A program made the position numbers and the translations under genes. A DNA stretch of 64,000 bases, taken from the NCBI RefSeq assembly GCF_009914755.1, contig NC_060925.1; one strand, given 5' to 3'. The stretch is from the human T2T-CHM13v2.0 reference genome, Homo sapiens. Of the stretch, positions 11,284 through 33,590 are shown one piece after another. The stretch's first letter is position 1. The number at the start of each line of letters is the position of its first letter. The notes beneath the pieces are model-generated. The model ran no database searches and had not been told where the DNA came from. It was given only the letters and a program-made list of their open reading frames with translations.

Positions 11284-13521
11284 ATTTTGCATTATTTCAA
11301 AGAGAAGGTGAGGTCACACATTTACTTCCAACAGATCAACATTATATCTTCAAGTTAGCAAAAGCAATTGAAAGTAGGTAGTGGCATTCTATATTTCCAT
11401 AAATGCTCCTTTAGACTTGTAAAAAAATTGTCATTAATTTTGGCCAAAAGCTTATTGATGTCATAAAACCATACTCAGTTTTTACTTGGACACATTCTCC
11501 TGCTGTTCCTCATCAACCACTTTGTGGGTTTAGTCATTCAAAGTATGTACTTACTAGATTTAGATTAATTCAATGGAGATATGTTGTGAATTCAACTGAA
11601 AATAATGCACTTAAATAATAATTACTGTATCTTTTGTAATCAGCACACTTACCAGAGCTTCAACACCTGCCTTTCCTTTTGCTATTTATTTCCACAAGAT
11701 AGATTAAACTACATTTTTAACAGTAGAACATTTACTTATGTAGAACAAAATGTTCCTAAGCTGTAAACTACTGTGTAATGACCTGAACACTCTAGAAAGC
11801 CAGCTTCATTACATTTGTTTTGGGAGTGCGCACATAAAATGTTGAAGGACCACTGTATTAAAAGGCTATTAGCATAATCTCTAGGAGACACAACCAGAAA
11901 ACCAAGCATAGAGGCTGAGCAGCCAGAACCAATACTGCTACCGCTGTCCCTGCCACTCAACACAGGCCGAATAGTGGGCAGGGATGCTATGCCAAGCCCC
12001 TGCCTTGATTCTCTCTGGAAACTGGATGTATCTTTGCTGCCTCTCTGCTGTCACCTGAAGGGATTCCCTCAGGACCCCGTCTTCATGACTTCAGTCTTCC
12101 ACACTGAAATCACATGCAGGAGCACTGATTGGTGGAGTCTGTGCCACAATTTTTCCTCACTTCAAGGGAATCTGGGAAAATTTGGCCTCTATTTTCAAAA
12201 GGCAGACTCACTAGATGGGAGAGTCCCAAATATAAAGAGTATTCAAAGCAACTAGAGAGCTTAGAAAAAAAAAAAAGAATGACAAATGCTATCACACAAA
12301 GTATATAATAACACATGATTTTAAAAACAAATATTTTCTTTAATTCATTACATGATCGAGGATTGCATTTATGATGTTCATTTTACTCTAATGCTTTACT
12401 ATAACACTGAGCCAGTTTTATGTTTCTCCCCATTCAAAAAATGATGCATGCTCCTCAAATTTACTTTAAATTAATTGCATGAAAAAGGATGATTAGTCAA
12501 TAAATAAGTCTTGAAAAGACATATTCTATAGTGTTCGGTTTGGGGTTTTCATATTAAAATACACATTGAAATTTACTACATGATATAACAAGAAAAAAAC
12601 TACTTTCAAGGCCTGATATTTGATTCTTCTATCTTGTATTTGAGAAACCAATGTATTTTACAGATTTTTACAAAACAAAGTAGACATTAATTCCACTTTT
12701 AGGGATGTAAATCCCCCAGGGTAACATGGTAAACCTGTCACGGATCATGACCCACTGGATAGGAAACACTGTTTTACTATTCTCTGGGAGGTATGTGAAT
12801 CTCAACTTCCTGTTGCTTCCTGAATCTACTTGTGACACAGTCACAACTGGAGTGGCAGTAGCTAATCCCGGACTGTCCCTGCTGCTTGAGATCATCTAAT
12901 CAGTCACTCCTCCACCTCATCTTTGTCTGTTTGATGTTGAAATTGTATTACATGCTTGAACTGATCAGCAATTAGATGGCTAGAGACCATTTTGACTGGC
13001 TGCCTCCCAGTCCTGCAATAAAACACAACAAAACTGTAAAACTAACCCAACCCAAGAAACCAGAGAACTAACCCAACCCAAGAAACCAGAGGACTCCCTG
13101 CGCAAGAAATCCACACTGGCCCTAGAGTGTCCCACGCAGGTTTGAACAGCAACCCTGGACCTGTGCCGCAAACTCAAGTGCAAGGGGACTCCGGTGGACC
13201 CTGTAATGGCCTATCTGATTTGGCTTCTCATTTACAGAGAATGGAGACTTTACACACCACAATGTATTATTTGCTTAAAGGTGCTTAGAAAGAACAACCT
13301 GAAACCTTTTAATCTTATTTGTTCATGTAGAAATGAAACCGTTGAGACCTTATCTTAATGCATATAGTATTCCAGTTGTAATCAGCAACCTTTTAGTTAA
13401 AGGAAAGTAACAGCAGGTTGAGATTGTTACTTTTCCTTTTACCAACCCATCAAATGGAGACAAGGGACTAGATTAAATACTAAAACAGGGAACTAATCTT
13501 TCAGCAGCCCTATAGGAGTTA

Positions 13522-15658
<2,137 letters not shown>

Positions 15659-16309
15659 GGTATATTCCCTGGGCCAGGTTTTCTCTCTCTGTTTATCTGG
15701 CTAACTCAAATTTAACCTTTAGGGTTGAGATTAGATCTTACTTCTCCCAGGAAGCCTTTTCTGATCTCCTAAGTCTGCATTAGATGTCATTCCTCTGTGC
15801 TCCGACAGATCCTGTATTTCCCCCATCATCACAGCATTTACAGTGTGCATTGTCATTGCTTGGTTACAAGGCAATTTCCTTTGCTAGTCTATAACTTCCA
15901 TGGGGTAGGGACCATGTCTGTAGTTCACTGTCGTTTGGTGCCAAACAAAGTACCTGATACCTGGTAGGCACTCAATTATTTGTTGTTTGAATGAAATAAT
16001 AAAGGCACAAGAATAGTGCTGCCATGTACCTAAAAGAGGTGGAAAATTTTCATGGTGGAGGGTGGCTCCCTGAGGCCAGGCCTTGGTATAGAGGCTGATG
16101 GACAGAACAGTAGCTCGTGGATTTCGGGGGCAGTGATGGCTTCAGACAGCCTGATACGTTAGGAGGAGAGAGGATACCAAAACAGCACCTTCAAAGTCAG
16201 GAGCTACATGGAAACAGAATGGAAGACATCAGCTAAAAGACACCCTAGGGACTTCTGCCTCTCCTCACCCTCTAGCAATATAAGTGGGGAAGGAGAAAGT
16301 CCCCAAATA

Positions 16310-18478
16310 CAGTGATGCACCACTTAAAAATGCATTCTGAGAAGTGCATTGATAGGTGATTTTGTCATTGTGTGAACCTTATAGTATGTGCTTACACAAA
16401 TGTAGATGGTGGAGCCTACTACACACCTAGCCTGTATGGCGTTGCTTATTGCTCCCAGGTGGCAAACACGTATAGCATGTTACTGTACTGAATACTGTAG
16501 GCAATTGTAATACAATGGTCAGTATTTGTGTATCCAAACATATCTAAACATAGAAAAGGTACAGTAAAAATATGGTATATGTGATATTTTGGTATACATA
16601 TTGGCTTTCGTCCACAGCTCCTGACTCATAACTCCCATAGCCCTTGTTATATAATGTTGGGGTGCTTCAGGCCTCAGAAAACAGAATGTCTGTCTCTCTG
16701 GCCTTCCGACCACCTCCTGCCCTCCTTTTTCTCCCCAAGGCAGGACTCTTCTCTCACCTCTCTTGGAGCTGACCATAAAGAAATTCTCTTACCTACCCTA
16801 TCTGACTGTAGGTCATAAGAACCCCCAATTCAGAAGGAGTCCTGCCCCACACCCAGGAGGAACAAATGCTGCACAGAGATGCCAAGAAGAATCTGAACAG
16901 ACAGGCCTTGCTGGGTTTCTCCACTCAGTCTATTAGTATTAGACCATACCCTTCTTGCCCATTTCTGCATGGTTGTCAATCATGACTACCCAATGAAGTC
17001 TCCACAAAGGCACAAGAGGACTGGGTACAGAGTATTTCCAGGTAGCTGAGCACATGGAGGTTTCTGGAGAGTGGCACACCCAAGCAGGGCATGGAAGCTC
17101 CGAGCCCCTTCCCCATACCTCGCCCTGTGCGTCTCTGCATCTGCATGCTTTGTGGTATTCTTTATAATATATAATTTTTTGTGTATTATAAAGAATATAT
17201 AAATGTGTTTCCCTGAGTGCTGTGAACAGCACTGGCAAATTAATTGAGCCAAAAGAGGAGGATGTAGGAATCTCAACTTAAAGCCAGTTGGTCAGAAGTT
17301 CCAGAGGTCCAGACTTCTGACAGGTATGTGAAGTAGGGGCAGTCTTGGGGACTGTATGATCTGACACTATCTCCAGGTAGAGAGCATCAGAATGAATTGA
17401 ACTGGAGGACACCAAGCTAGCGTGTCTGTAGAATCGACTGCTTGCTTGGTGGTGGCGAGAAACCGCCATACATTTGGTCTCAGGAGTCTTTTGTGGTTGT
17501 GATGTGAGAGGAGAGTAACAACAGTTTTTGTTTTTTCCACTAAGTATAAAAGATAAAAACGTATACTCCTGTATAGGGCACTTACCATAAATAGAGTTTG
17601 CAGGACTCAACGCTGTTCTGGGTGAGTCAGTGAGTGAGTGGTGAGTGAATGTGAAGGGCTAGGACATTACTATACACTACTGTGGACTTTATAAACACTC
17701 TATACTTAGGCTACACTAAATTTAACACATTTTTTTCTTTAATAAGAAATTAATCTCAGCTTACTGTAAATTTTTTACTTTATAAACTTTTTAATTTTTT
17801 AAACTTTTTGACTCTTTTGTAATAACACTTAGCTTAAACACAAACACATTGTACAGCTGTACAAAAATATTTTCTCTGTTTATATCTTTATTCTATAAGC
17901 TTTATTCTATTATCTTAAATTTTTAATTTTTTCTTTTTTTTTTGTTAAAAACTAGGACACAAAGACACACATTAGCTTAGGCCTACACAGGGTCAGGATC
18001 ATCAATATCACTGTCTTCCACCTCCACATCTTGTCCCACTCGGAGGTCTTTAGGGACAATACCATGCATAGAGCTGTCATCTCCTATGATTACAATGCCT
18101 TCTTCTGGAATACTTCCTGAAGGACCTCCCAGAGGCTGTTTAACAGTTACCTTTTTTTTTTCAATAAGTAGGAGTACACTCTAAAACAACAAAATATATA
18201 GTAAATACATAAACCAGTAACATGGTCATTTATTATCATTCTCAAGTATTATGTACTGTATATAACTGTATGTGCTAGACTCTTATATGACTGGCAGCAA
18301 GTGGGTCTGTTTATACTGGGCATCACCATAAACACATAAGTAATGCATTGTGCTAGGACTTTATGACAGCTACATGGTTATTAGGCTACAGGAATTTTTC
18401 AGCTCCGTGATAATCTTCTGGGACCCCATCATATATGTGGTCCATTTGGCTGAAATGTCACTATGCAGTGCTTGACTA
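16310..18478. mobile_element. Tigger3 (GOLEM)-family non-autonomous DNA transposon, split by an LTR
   Basis: TA-flanked CAGTGATGCAC...GTGCTTGACTA termini; Tigger3 internal sequence resumes after the LTR. Confidence 0.82.
16580..17543. mobile_element. MER21-like solo LTR nested in Tigger3
   Basis: TG start; CACAGCTCCTGACTCATAACTCCC..GGAGGGTGG-like..GGAAGCTC MER21 motifs; (G)TATA on both flanks. Confidence 0.75.
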
Positions 18479-18972
18479 TAATCCTGCTTGCAGCATTTTG
18501 TACCCCAACCATACCCTCAGGATGATATGCCTGGAGAAATGCCAGTCACACCTGGCCGTACCACCCACAGTCTTGGTTCATGTTCTCATCATCACAGTTG
18601 CATTAGATGCCTTAATGATCACCCTCCTCTATTTGGGCCATGGAGCCCTTTGAGAATCCAACAATAACTCTGAACCTCTCCACAGAAGAATCACATGGTC
18701 ACACAAGCACAAAATTTTACATATAACAGACAACCCTTAAAAGCTAATCTACAGACCCTAGCTCTCATCTTAATCTTTTCTAAATTTTTCTCCATAGCGC
18801 TGCCAGGGTGAACTTGAAAAATAAATTTTATTGCATTGTTGGATTTTTATTAACTTCAGGGAAGACTTCAAGCTCCCTAGTAAAGTACATGAGACACCTC
18901 CCACATACTGCTCACGTTCCTTACCTACCTTTTTTACTCCATCACTGCTACAGCAATGAGCTGGTGTGACCC

Positions 18973-20102
<1,130 letters not shown>

Positions 20103-20107
20103 ACAGT

Positions 20108-22485
<2,378 letters not shown>

Positions 22486-22489
22486 TTTT

Positions 22490-22785
<296 letters not shown>

Positions 22786-24329
22786 ATTTTTTTTTTAAAT
22801 GACCTCTCCCCAATTTTCATTACCTGACCTTCCTCTAGGATCTCATGGTCCTGGGCTCCCCTCTTCATAGCACTTACTGCTGAGCTGTAAATATCCATTT
22901 ATCTGTTGCCTCCCTCACTGGACTGTAAAATTCTTGAGGCAGAACCAGTAGGTTTTATCTATTTATCCTTCTCAAGCCTAGGACAGTGCCTGAGACCTTG
23001 AAACTCGGTGATTGTTGGTTGACAGGTTGAATGAGTGATCTATGAGATTTCTGAATCAAGCCTGGTGCATTTAATCTTTGGGTCTTGATAACATCTGGAT
23101 CTGAATGAATCTGGGGGAAAGTCTAATTGAGCTTGATTTCCCTGTGACCTGCAGAGGCAGGAGTCCCAGCTTGACTGGTAGAGTGGGTGGGGAAGGCCTC
23201 TTCTACAGCACAGCCATAAAAAATCTGGAATTGTGACACTTTCCCCTAATGGGCCTCCTGGGACTTTACATGTCCTGTTGTGGGGAGTTGATTTTAACAC
23301 AGAATCTGTCAATGCTTTATCCTTTTCAGGTCCAGCTTCATAAAAATATTCAAGAAATCATGTCTTCTGATTTTGCTTGATGATCCCTCTTGGGAGCCAT
23401 ATTTGAAAGGTTACAGTTTGCATTTTCGACATTAAAGTTTACTTTTTAATTTTTAAAAAAGTTACAAAGATGTAGGACGTTTGGCTTCTTCAATACTTAT
23501 TTGCTAGAAGACTTTGGGCAAGTTACCTAAACTCTCTGGGCTTCAATGTCCTCCCATACATGTAAGCTAAATGTTCCAGGGCCACCTATGCCCATGGGTA
23601 ACAGGCCAGCACAAGAATATGCTGACCAATTGATTCCTGGCTGCATAACCACAGAATCTCCTCTGTTATTTCTAGGTGCCTAGAGGAAGTCTCTCATAGA
23701 TGCTCACGTTCTCTCGACAAGATATTTGGGGAGGACCCCTGGCTACTGTCACTGCTGCCATGCCTGCCAGGAGGAGGCACCTTCCTGACACTTCACTGCT
23801 GCTGCTCAGCAGGCCTGCCAAGTGGTTCTGCTGTGTTCTAGGAGAAACAGGAAAAATGCCTCTCCTCCCACTTTGCACTGTGCTTTGTCACCTGGGCCCT
23901 AAAACACCATTGCCTGCCCCTGACGCCCCAACAGCTCCCTCTACCAAACTGAGGCTGGGCTGGGAGACTAGGCACCACACCATTCCATTCTCCCTTCTCT
24001 TCTTCCATTCTCCCTTCCCTCCCTCTCTTCTTCCCACTGCCTCCAAGACACCTGTACTGGAACTTTGTCCATTCTTACACTCACACACACACACATGCAC
24101 ATGCATATGTGCACACACAAAAGTCTCTTGTCCATCAGATCATACAAATATATGCTTGGGACAGGGGTGATCACATGCCCCACATGCCCAGTGGACATTT
24201 AGGCTCAGATAGGACAATTCTTTCACAAGGATGACAAAACCTACCTTCCGTGGTTGCTGTGAGAACAAGAAATTGTACATACAGTGCCCATTCTGCAGCA
24301 AACCCAACAATGAATTAAAATCCACAATA

Positions 24330-25270
<941 letters not shown>

Positions 25271-26204
25271 AAGTCTAGGGGATTCACCGCTCAGCAGGCC
25301 ATCCTGGCTATCTGGGCATAACCACCACCCAGAGTGTAATTTCTTCTAAGGCAATCACCCAAGTCTTTCACATTTTATACCTTCACAGCCCTCACAAAAA
25401 CTACTACATAATAAACACTAAACAAATGCCTATGAAAGGCAAGAAGGACGTAAGAGAGGGAAAGAAGCAAAGAAATGAACAATCGTAGCACCTGAGGCCG
25501 GATTAAAGAAAGGAAAAAAGCTTGTATGGGTCTTTTCATATTGACAAAGCTTTAGTGGAACACTCTTTTGGTGGGTTTTCAAGGGATCAGAACGTTTGGA
25601 CAGAAAACAGAAAAATACAGACATAAAGAAGAGACCTAAATATATAAGCATAGCATTGGGAAAAAGCCTTTTCAGAACTGCAACTCATGCCTTATTCGAA
25701 CATGTTCTGAACAAGGTCTCTTATCCAAAGTTGTTTCTGGCTTCAGACAGCAGGTGGCAGCAGAATCAAGCTTTCTGGTTGCAGAAACTTCTGGAGCCAG
25801 CCAGCTGTATAAAGTTTCAAATGGTTTTCGGAGGAGAAGCAGCTTTTGAGTAAAAACCTTTAATCTAAAAATCTAAACTCGACACAAAACAAAAACAAAA
25901 CAGAGTGAGGAGCTGGTGCCATTGGCCCCTGCCACGACAGATCCTGATGTCATTCCCTGCCTGCCATCTACAGAGCCACACCTTGTCCTTCGAAGAAATT
26001 CTGGGATTTCTACTGGCAGCGGCCAGGAAAGGAACCCAAGGTTGGTCTGTCCTGTTCTGACGTTGTCCTTGTCACATGTGGAAGCTGGTTCGCCAGGAAA
26101 CAGGCTCTGGTCAAGGCTGGGCTCACTGGAGAGGTCAGCCCAAACTCAAAACTCATTTATGGGTAAAGGAAGCGTTTTTTAAAAGGAGACTTTGCAGGCA
26201 ACAA

Positions 26205-26812
26205 AAAGAAATATAGTATTGATATATGCCACAATGTGGATGAACCTCAAAAACATCATGTTAAGTCAAAGAAATCAGTCACAAAAAGACCACATAACGC
26301 ATGAAACCATTTATAGGAAATCTTCAGAATAGGCAAATCTAAAGACAGAAAATAGATTAGTGGTTGTCTAGGGCTCAGGAGGTGGTGACTGGGGAATGAC
26401 TGCTAATGAGTACACAATTTCTTTGGGGAGTGATGAAAATATTCTATAATTAGATTACAGTGATGATGCACAATTCTTTAAATATACTTAAAAACCATTG
26501 AGTTGTACGCTTTAAATGCGTGAACTTTATGGTATGTAAGTTATCTCAATAAAGCTATTAAAAAAGGAAAAAAAAAAGGGCCCAGCACTTTGGGAGGCTG
26601 AGGCTGGAGGATTGCTTGAAACCAGGATTTCAAGACCAGCCTGGACAACATAGTGAGACCCCCCATCTCTACAAAAAATAAAAACTAGCTGGGCATGGTG
26701 GCTCATGCTTGTATTCCTGGCTACTCTGGAGGCTGAGGCTAGAGGACTGCTTGAGCCCAGGAGTTCGAAGACACAGTGAACTATGATTGTGCTACTGCAC
26801 TTCAGTCTGGGA
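26205..26812 (+). mobile_element. L1MB-type 3' end followed by truncated AluJ
   Basis: GGATGAACCTC..AGATTAGTGGTTG..CTCAATAAAGCT; Alu body from ~26580. Confidence 0.8.
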
Positions 26813-27757
26813 TAACCATTCAATGCTGGGGGGGTGGGGAGAGAGAGAGAGAGAGAGTCTATGCAGTTGCTACAGAAAAGAATTGGAGATTGGTTAGAGA
26901 TATGACAGGTACATTGATGAATTTTACTTTTTGATCAGATTGTGATATGATGGTAGCATAATTCGCTTCCTGATTTGGTCACACACACTTCCTATCCCTA
27001 AGAACTGCAAATACTTACCTGAAAGAGTGGATGAGGTGCGTTGCCATCTCACTTTTTTAGGGGATGGTGCTCTCCCTGGAAAGAAGGCAATAACAGGCCA
27101 GTGAAATGGCAGACATCTGAAGTCACACAGACGTGGTTTCAAATTCCGGTTCTTCCTCTTATTAGCTATGAGCCGTCAGCTTCTTTTCCATACCCACATC
27201 TCAAGGTTAAGTAAGAATTATAACATAAAATATAAAAGTGCCCAACCCAGAGTAAACTTGAAATTTATTTAATATTCTTGGAATTTCCATCCTGACCAGT
27301 AAGATGACATTTTATCTCAAAACACAGCTGTATCATGTTTTGCTATTGGTACACCTCTAAAGATCTTCTCCACCGCCCTCTGCCCCCACCCCAAGTCCAT
27401 GTGCCATGAATAACCTTACTTATTATCACTTTTTACAACGATGAGCAGCCTCTGAGAATGGAAAAATAAGTCAATGGTAATACTGTGTTAGGAAGGATCT
27501 GAGTAGGAGGGAACCTGTCCCCTGGCTACCAGAAACACAGGACTAGACCCAGTAATACACACCTAGAATATAAGCCTGGATAACAACATTGCAGGGGAAA
27601 CACTGTCCTCACCAGGATAGCTTTTATATGCAAGAATTTAGGTATTATAATCAGAAACATTTCTAGAAACTATGAAATATTAGGGAAAAAAGCCAACACA
27701 TTAGCCAACATTGTACTTTACATTTATGCAAATTTTAAACTCTATAGGAACCTCCTA

Positions 27758-28143
<386 letters not shown>

Positions 28144-28491
28144 CTAGGCTGCCTTATTTCACAACCTTGGCTCTGTCTCCTATGAAACCAGGGCAACTAT
28201 TTAACCCCTCCGTGTCTGAGTTTCCTCATGTGTAAATGAAGGGAGCAATAGTACCTAGCTTATAAGGCCATTATAAGGATTCTAAAAGTTAATCTAAAGT
28301 GCTTAGGACAGTGTATGGCATAGAGCAAGCACTCAGTAAATCCATTCATTCAATAAATGTTTATTGAATATAGGTGTGGCTGCTGTTTTGGCTGATGAGT
28401 ATACTAAAGTCAGTGAAACAGACGAAATCTGTGGAGCTTTCTTCCTTGGGGGAGGAGGCCAACAACAACAACGAATACACACAGAGGAAGA

Positions 28492-29224
28492 GCAATGGAA
28501 TGAATTGTGTTCCCTCCCCTCCCAAATTCATATGTTGAAGCCCTAACTGCCAACGTGATGGTATCTGGAGATGGGGCATTTGGGAAATAATTAGATTTAG
28601 AAGAGATCATGAAGGTGGGAGACTCGTGATGGGGATTAGTGCCCTTTTAAGAAGAGAAAGAGTCAGGTGCAGTGGCTCTTGCCTGTAATCTCAGCACTTT
28701 GGGAGGCCAAAGCAGGAGGATCGCTTGAGCCCAGAGTTTGAGACCAGCCTGGGCAACATGGTGAGACGCCATCTCTATAAAAATAAAAATAAAAAATTAG
28801 CCCAGTGTGGTGGCACACACCCATAGTCTCAGCTACTTGGGAGGCTGAGGCGGGAGGTTGAGGCTGCAGTGAGCTATGGTTCTCATCAGTGCACTCCAGC
28901 ATGGGTGACAGAGCAAGACTGTCTCAAAATGAAAGAAAAAACAAGAGAGAGAGAGAGATACACCAGGGCTCTCTCTATGTCCTGTGAGGACACAGCAAGA
29001 AGGCAGCTGACTGCAAGCCAGGAAGAGAGCCCTTACCAGGAACTGAAGCTGTCAGCACCTTTATCTTGGACTTCCCAACCTACAGAACTGTGAGAACTAA
29101 ATGTGTGTTGTTTAACAGACATTTTGTCTATGGTATTTTGTTTGTTGTTGGTATTTGTTGATATTTTGGTATTGGTGTGTTGTTTGTTGGTATTTTGCTA
29201 TCAGCAACCCGGCAGACTAATATA
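28492..29224. mobile_element. MLT1A-type MaLR LTR with AluJ (~28661-28950) inside
   Basis: CCAAATTCATATGTTGAAGCCCTAA..GGACTTCCC..AGAACTGTGAGA..AGACTAAT motifs. Confidence 0.82.
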
Positions 29225-30472
29225 GATTTATATGTAAACATATATTTGAATAGGAACCCTGCAGAAGCCACATAGCTGGTTTTACTGATGCAAAGAGCCC
29301 TATGCTACAGTATGATGAGGTGAAGGGCTTACATTTCCCTTTCAGCAGTGGTATCCACTCTCCACAGCGTAGACTTGGAGAAGCCACTTGACTCTCATCT
29401 TAGATTCCTGCATCTGTAAAATGATGAACTAGATGATACCCAAAATTTTAGATTCTATCCATCTTATGGTTGGAATAACAGCCCACCTTCTAGGTCAATT
29501 ACACACACAGGTGTGCTGATGCTTAGGGTGGCAGAGAGGGTGTCCCACAAGTAGACACTGATTATCCTAACTGTAACTTTCAAATGGAAAATTAATTAAA
29601 TCTCTAAATTTGGATTTGGCTTCCTAGTTAGCACTGTTTCCTTCCTGGAAAAGAAATAGTTATGTGTCAGACAGAACAGCCCCCTCTGATCATTTTTTTC
29701 CTTCTTCCTTGCATTATTGTTAGCTCTGACTGTGCAGCTCTCCTGGTGTCTCTCCCTTTCTAGATAACAGCCTAGAAAAAGGAGCTTATGGTTTCCCTGA
29801 GGTTCTTTTGATAAATGGCTGACATTTGATTGAACCATTCTCATTTCACTTATTTTTCACTTTCACAGAAAAACTGTAGTAGGTATAACAGCACAAGGTA
29901 ATCATTTTTAAATTATTCAGACATTTTTAAAAATTTGATTCTGCTTCTCTCACCTCTGAAAGATGTTACTGGGGTGTCTTGGTTGCAAAGATTCATTCAA
30001 GTTCTTTTGCTTTTGGATTCTCCATATTCTCTGAGGAAGTGACTGCATCTAAGACTGTGTCCAAGGAAGCATCTTATCACTTTCATCCTTTGATCCCTGA
30101 GTGCCTTTCACTACCAGATATACTAAAACAAAAATCTTCTCTTAGCTCCCTGGTGCAGTGGAGTTGAGGGATAACCACAAAGAATTCAGAGTACATCACA
30201 TAACGGAACTGTCAGGAAGCTTTTGATGGCAGAAACATATTTTCCTGGTGATGAGATTAGAAGGATCTTCATATAACCATCAGATATATTATTGTCACTT
30301 CTGAACAATGCTTTTTATAGCAGATTGTTTCTCAAAAAGGAAATAGAAATGCGATTTTAAAATATGAAAAATATGTTCAATCTCATTATTAAGATAAATG
30401 CAAATACAAATTATAAGAGGACTTAACAGATTGGCAAACATCAGAAAAGTGAGCAACCTCCTCCGCTGGCAT

Positions 30473-30730
<258 letters not shown>

Positions 30731-32898
30731 AGTATAATTTGCTGTATGGAGGGCAATTTGACAGTATCTATCAGATTTTATAATGTACAGAGCCTTGAAT
30801 TCAGTAATTCTACTTTTAGGAACTTATCCCACAGATATTCCAGACATGCTCAAAGATGTAGGTACAAAGATTTTATTGCAGTATTATTTGTAAGAGTAAA
30901 AAACCAGTCCATGAGGAAGACTAGTTCGATAAGTTAATAATCTAGAATATATCGATATAATGGAATACTATCAAAGAACAATTTTCACAATGTATTGTTA
31001 AGAGGGGGAAGGTACAGAAACATATGTAAGGAGTTTCATTTGTTTAATATACAATTAGTGACACAGGTTGCATCTGGGGAGGAAAATTAGGGAACAATTT
31101 TTTGTTGTACACCTTTATCTTTCATTGTATCTCTTTCAAAACCTTTTGTACCATTTGTGTGTATTGTGTATTTTAAAAATTAATTTAAATTTCAACAACC
31201 GTTATAGTGATGCAAAAAACCCTATAGAAATAACAGTTTACATTCAATTTTGCTATATGTCAGGTACTGATTTTTCAACCACAACCTTGTAAGATACGTA
31301 CTATTATCATCCCCACTTCACAGGGGGAAACCTGTGGTAGAGAGAGGCTGAATAACTTGTACAAGGATTCATACCTAATCAGTAGCAGAGCTCAGATTTG
31401 AACCCAGGCAGCCTGTTTCCAGAGACCATACTTTACCCACCATTCTATACTGCTCTGAGGTCACAGACCTCCATGATGAACTCTTAATTGAGTGCAGTCA
31501 ATAGGAAACTCAGATAAACTCAGATGTACAAGAAATATCTCACTTCTTCATTTGCTTTTCACCTACTTAACTCTGACTCTGAGTCCCCATCCAGCTTGAT
31601 TGGCAGAAATTGTAATCTCAGTCATTATTTGGACTCTCCACTGCAAGGGTTTTGCAAGGTCCTGGAATCTTACATGGCACCAAAGCCTGGCAGAGATCCT
31701 GCCAGTTGTCAATACATACTGGTTACCACTGACATGTCCATTGCAGTCCAGTACTCTCCTGCGGCCATGTGTAGTCCTACTCACCCTCACCCATAGACTG
31801 AAAACTTCCTTATATTCTTGGGAAATTTTCTCCTTTCCTTTTCCTGCTGCCTTCAAAGACATTGATAATACTATCTTCATTGAGTTCAGGTTTTATCTAC
31901 AGACAGCTAGATCATTCTGCAAAATATCTCTAAGGTAAGAAATTACTAAGGGCCTACCTAACTCACTTAGATCAAAGGGGTAGAGAAAGTACGGAAAGTG
32001 GACAAAGAAATTAATATTTCAATAGATTATCCTGCCACAGAGTCATAGCCATGAAAAACAATAACTTTGGATTTGGAATTTACCTCCTACCTCAAGTTTC
32101 CCTCTGCAAGTGTTTGGACTTGCGTGTTATGGAATGATGATTGTAATGAACCATGCCTTCTATTGGTAGCAGATTTTGACTGAGATATAGGACAGTTAAC
32201 AACTGCAGTTTGAATGCAAAGGCAGACAGAGTACACTTTGCACAAGGGACAAAGAACTGATAGGGAAACAAGGACAGTCTCCTTTTACACCTTAAAAATC
32301 CTCAAATAAGAACCTGGCTTCTGCTCAGCTAACCGACACATAAGTGCAGAAAAAAAGACAAGATTGGAATCCAAGGAAGGAAATGTTAGAATCCAAGGGC
32401 CAGGAATCAAAGAGAATATATTTAAATAGAAACCAGGTTGATACCAGAACTTTGGGATGCCTAGAGTAGGCGGGAAAAAGATGTATGATCTAAGCACAGG
32501 ATATTTCGAATACAGGAGCTTGGATAAGAAGTCTATCCCAAATTCCATCTGCCACCAATGAAAGCAGAAAGGAAATATGTAATGAGAGCCAAGCCATGGG
32601 GAAATAGTCCAAGATGGGTGTGCCTCCTGTGTATTTAGTAATCATGTCCAGCTCAGCAAATCTGAGTTTCTTTATTCCTTGAGCTACTGTCCATTTTAAT
32701 GAACAGGGAACATTTGATCTCAAGCAGCTTCAGAAACTCAATTTTCCCCCAGCCTTTGTCTAGGTTTTATAGAGGAAAAGGTATAGTTGCAGTACTGGTT
32801 GATATTTGCTTGTGAGAGCTCTTGGGCAGCTAATTCCTGATCCTTTGCTCCACCTAGTGGATTTCCAGGCTAGAGAGACTCTGGAAAAGAGATCAGTG

Positions 32899-33077
32899 AT
32901 CAGAAGGGTGTACATTTGCTGATAAATGAGACTTACCAGTCAGTTTCTGGATTATCGTTTCTGGATTATCGTCCGTTTCTTTACTGACGATACCCGATTC
33001 CATCCCAAAGTGTCCTTGTTTGAATTGATTGAAATCTTTCATTTATTTCCATTAATGCCAGATGTGTAGCTGTAAGT
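32899..33077 (+). repeat. Left arm of long inverted repeat
   Basis: Reverse-complement match to 36203-36367, ~11 mismatches plus a 14-bp tandem duplication. Confidence 0.93.
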
Positions 33078-33590
33078 CATCAAAATCTAATGCATTCCTT
33101 TTCTCTCTTCTTAATATATAAATAACATTATATAATCAGGAGACCCATATCAGCACAAGAAAGCATATTCTACTTATAATTATATCCTCTGAGGGCCAAA
33201 CACACTCAAACCTCAACAGAGTCATTTAATTAAACAATGACCTACCTGCTTAACACTTTGGGGACTCCTTTGAACAATAATTGGTTAAAGAGTCATAGGA
33301 CCCTTTCTCAAGAAGTTTCACATCCAATTATAAAAACAGATGAAATAACACTGGAAAGCAGGGCGACGCTGAAAAATTTCAGGTAGAAGAGAATTCAGAG
33401 CTGACTCTTACACAATATCCATATGTGGAGATAAAATTAGTGTTAATGTAGCTTTAAGCCATTAGAGTTACAACATAAATTTGACAATCTATGCTTACTT
33501 GCTGGCTGACCATGTCCCTGTCAGTTACCAGCCTTAAAGGCTACCAAGGCATTATTCTTTATTCCTTACCTATATTTAATACTTACTTTT

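Noticed and set aside
23700-24170. 156-aa ORF
   Set aside because: No recognisable domain; includes CT- and CA-rich low-complexity sequence; no exon support.
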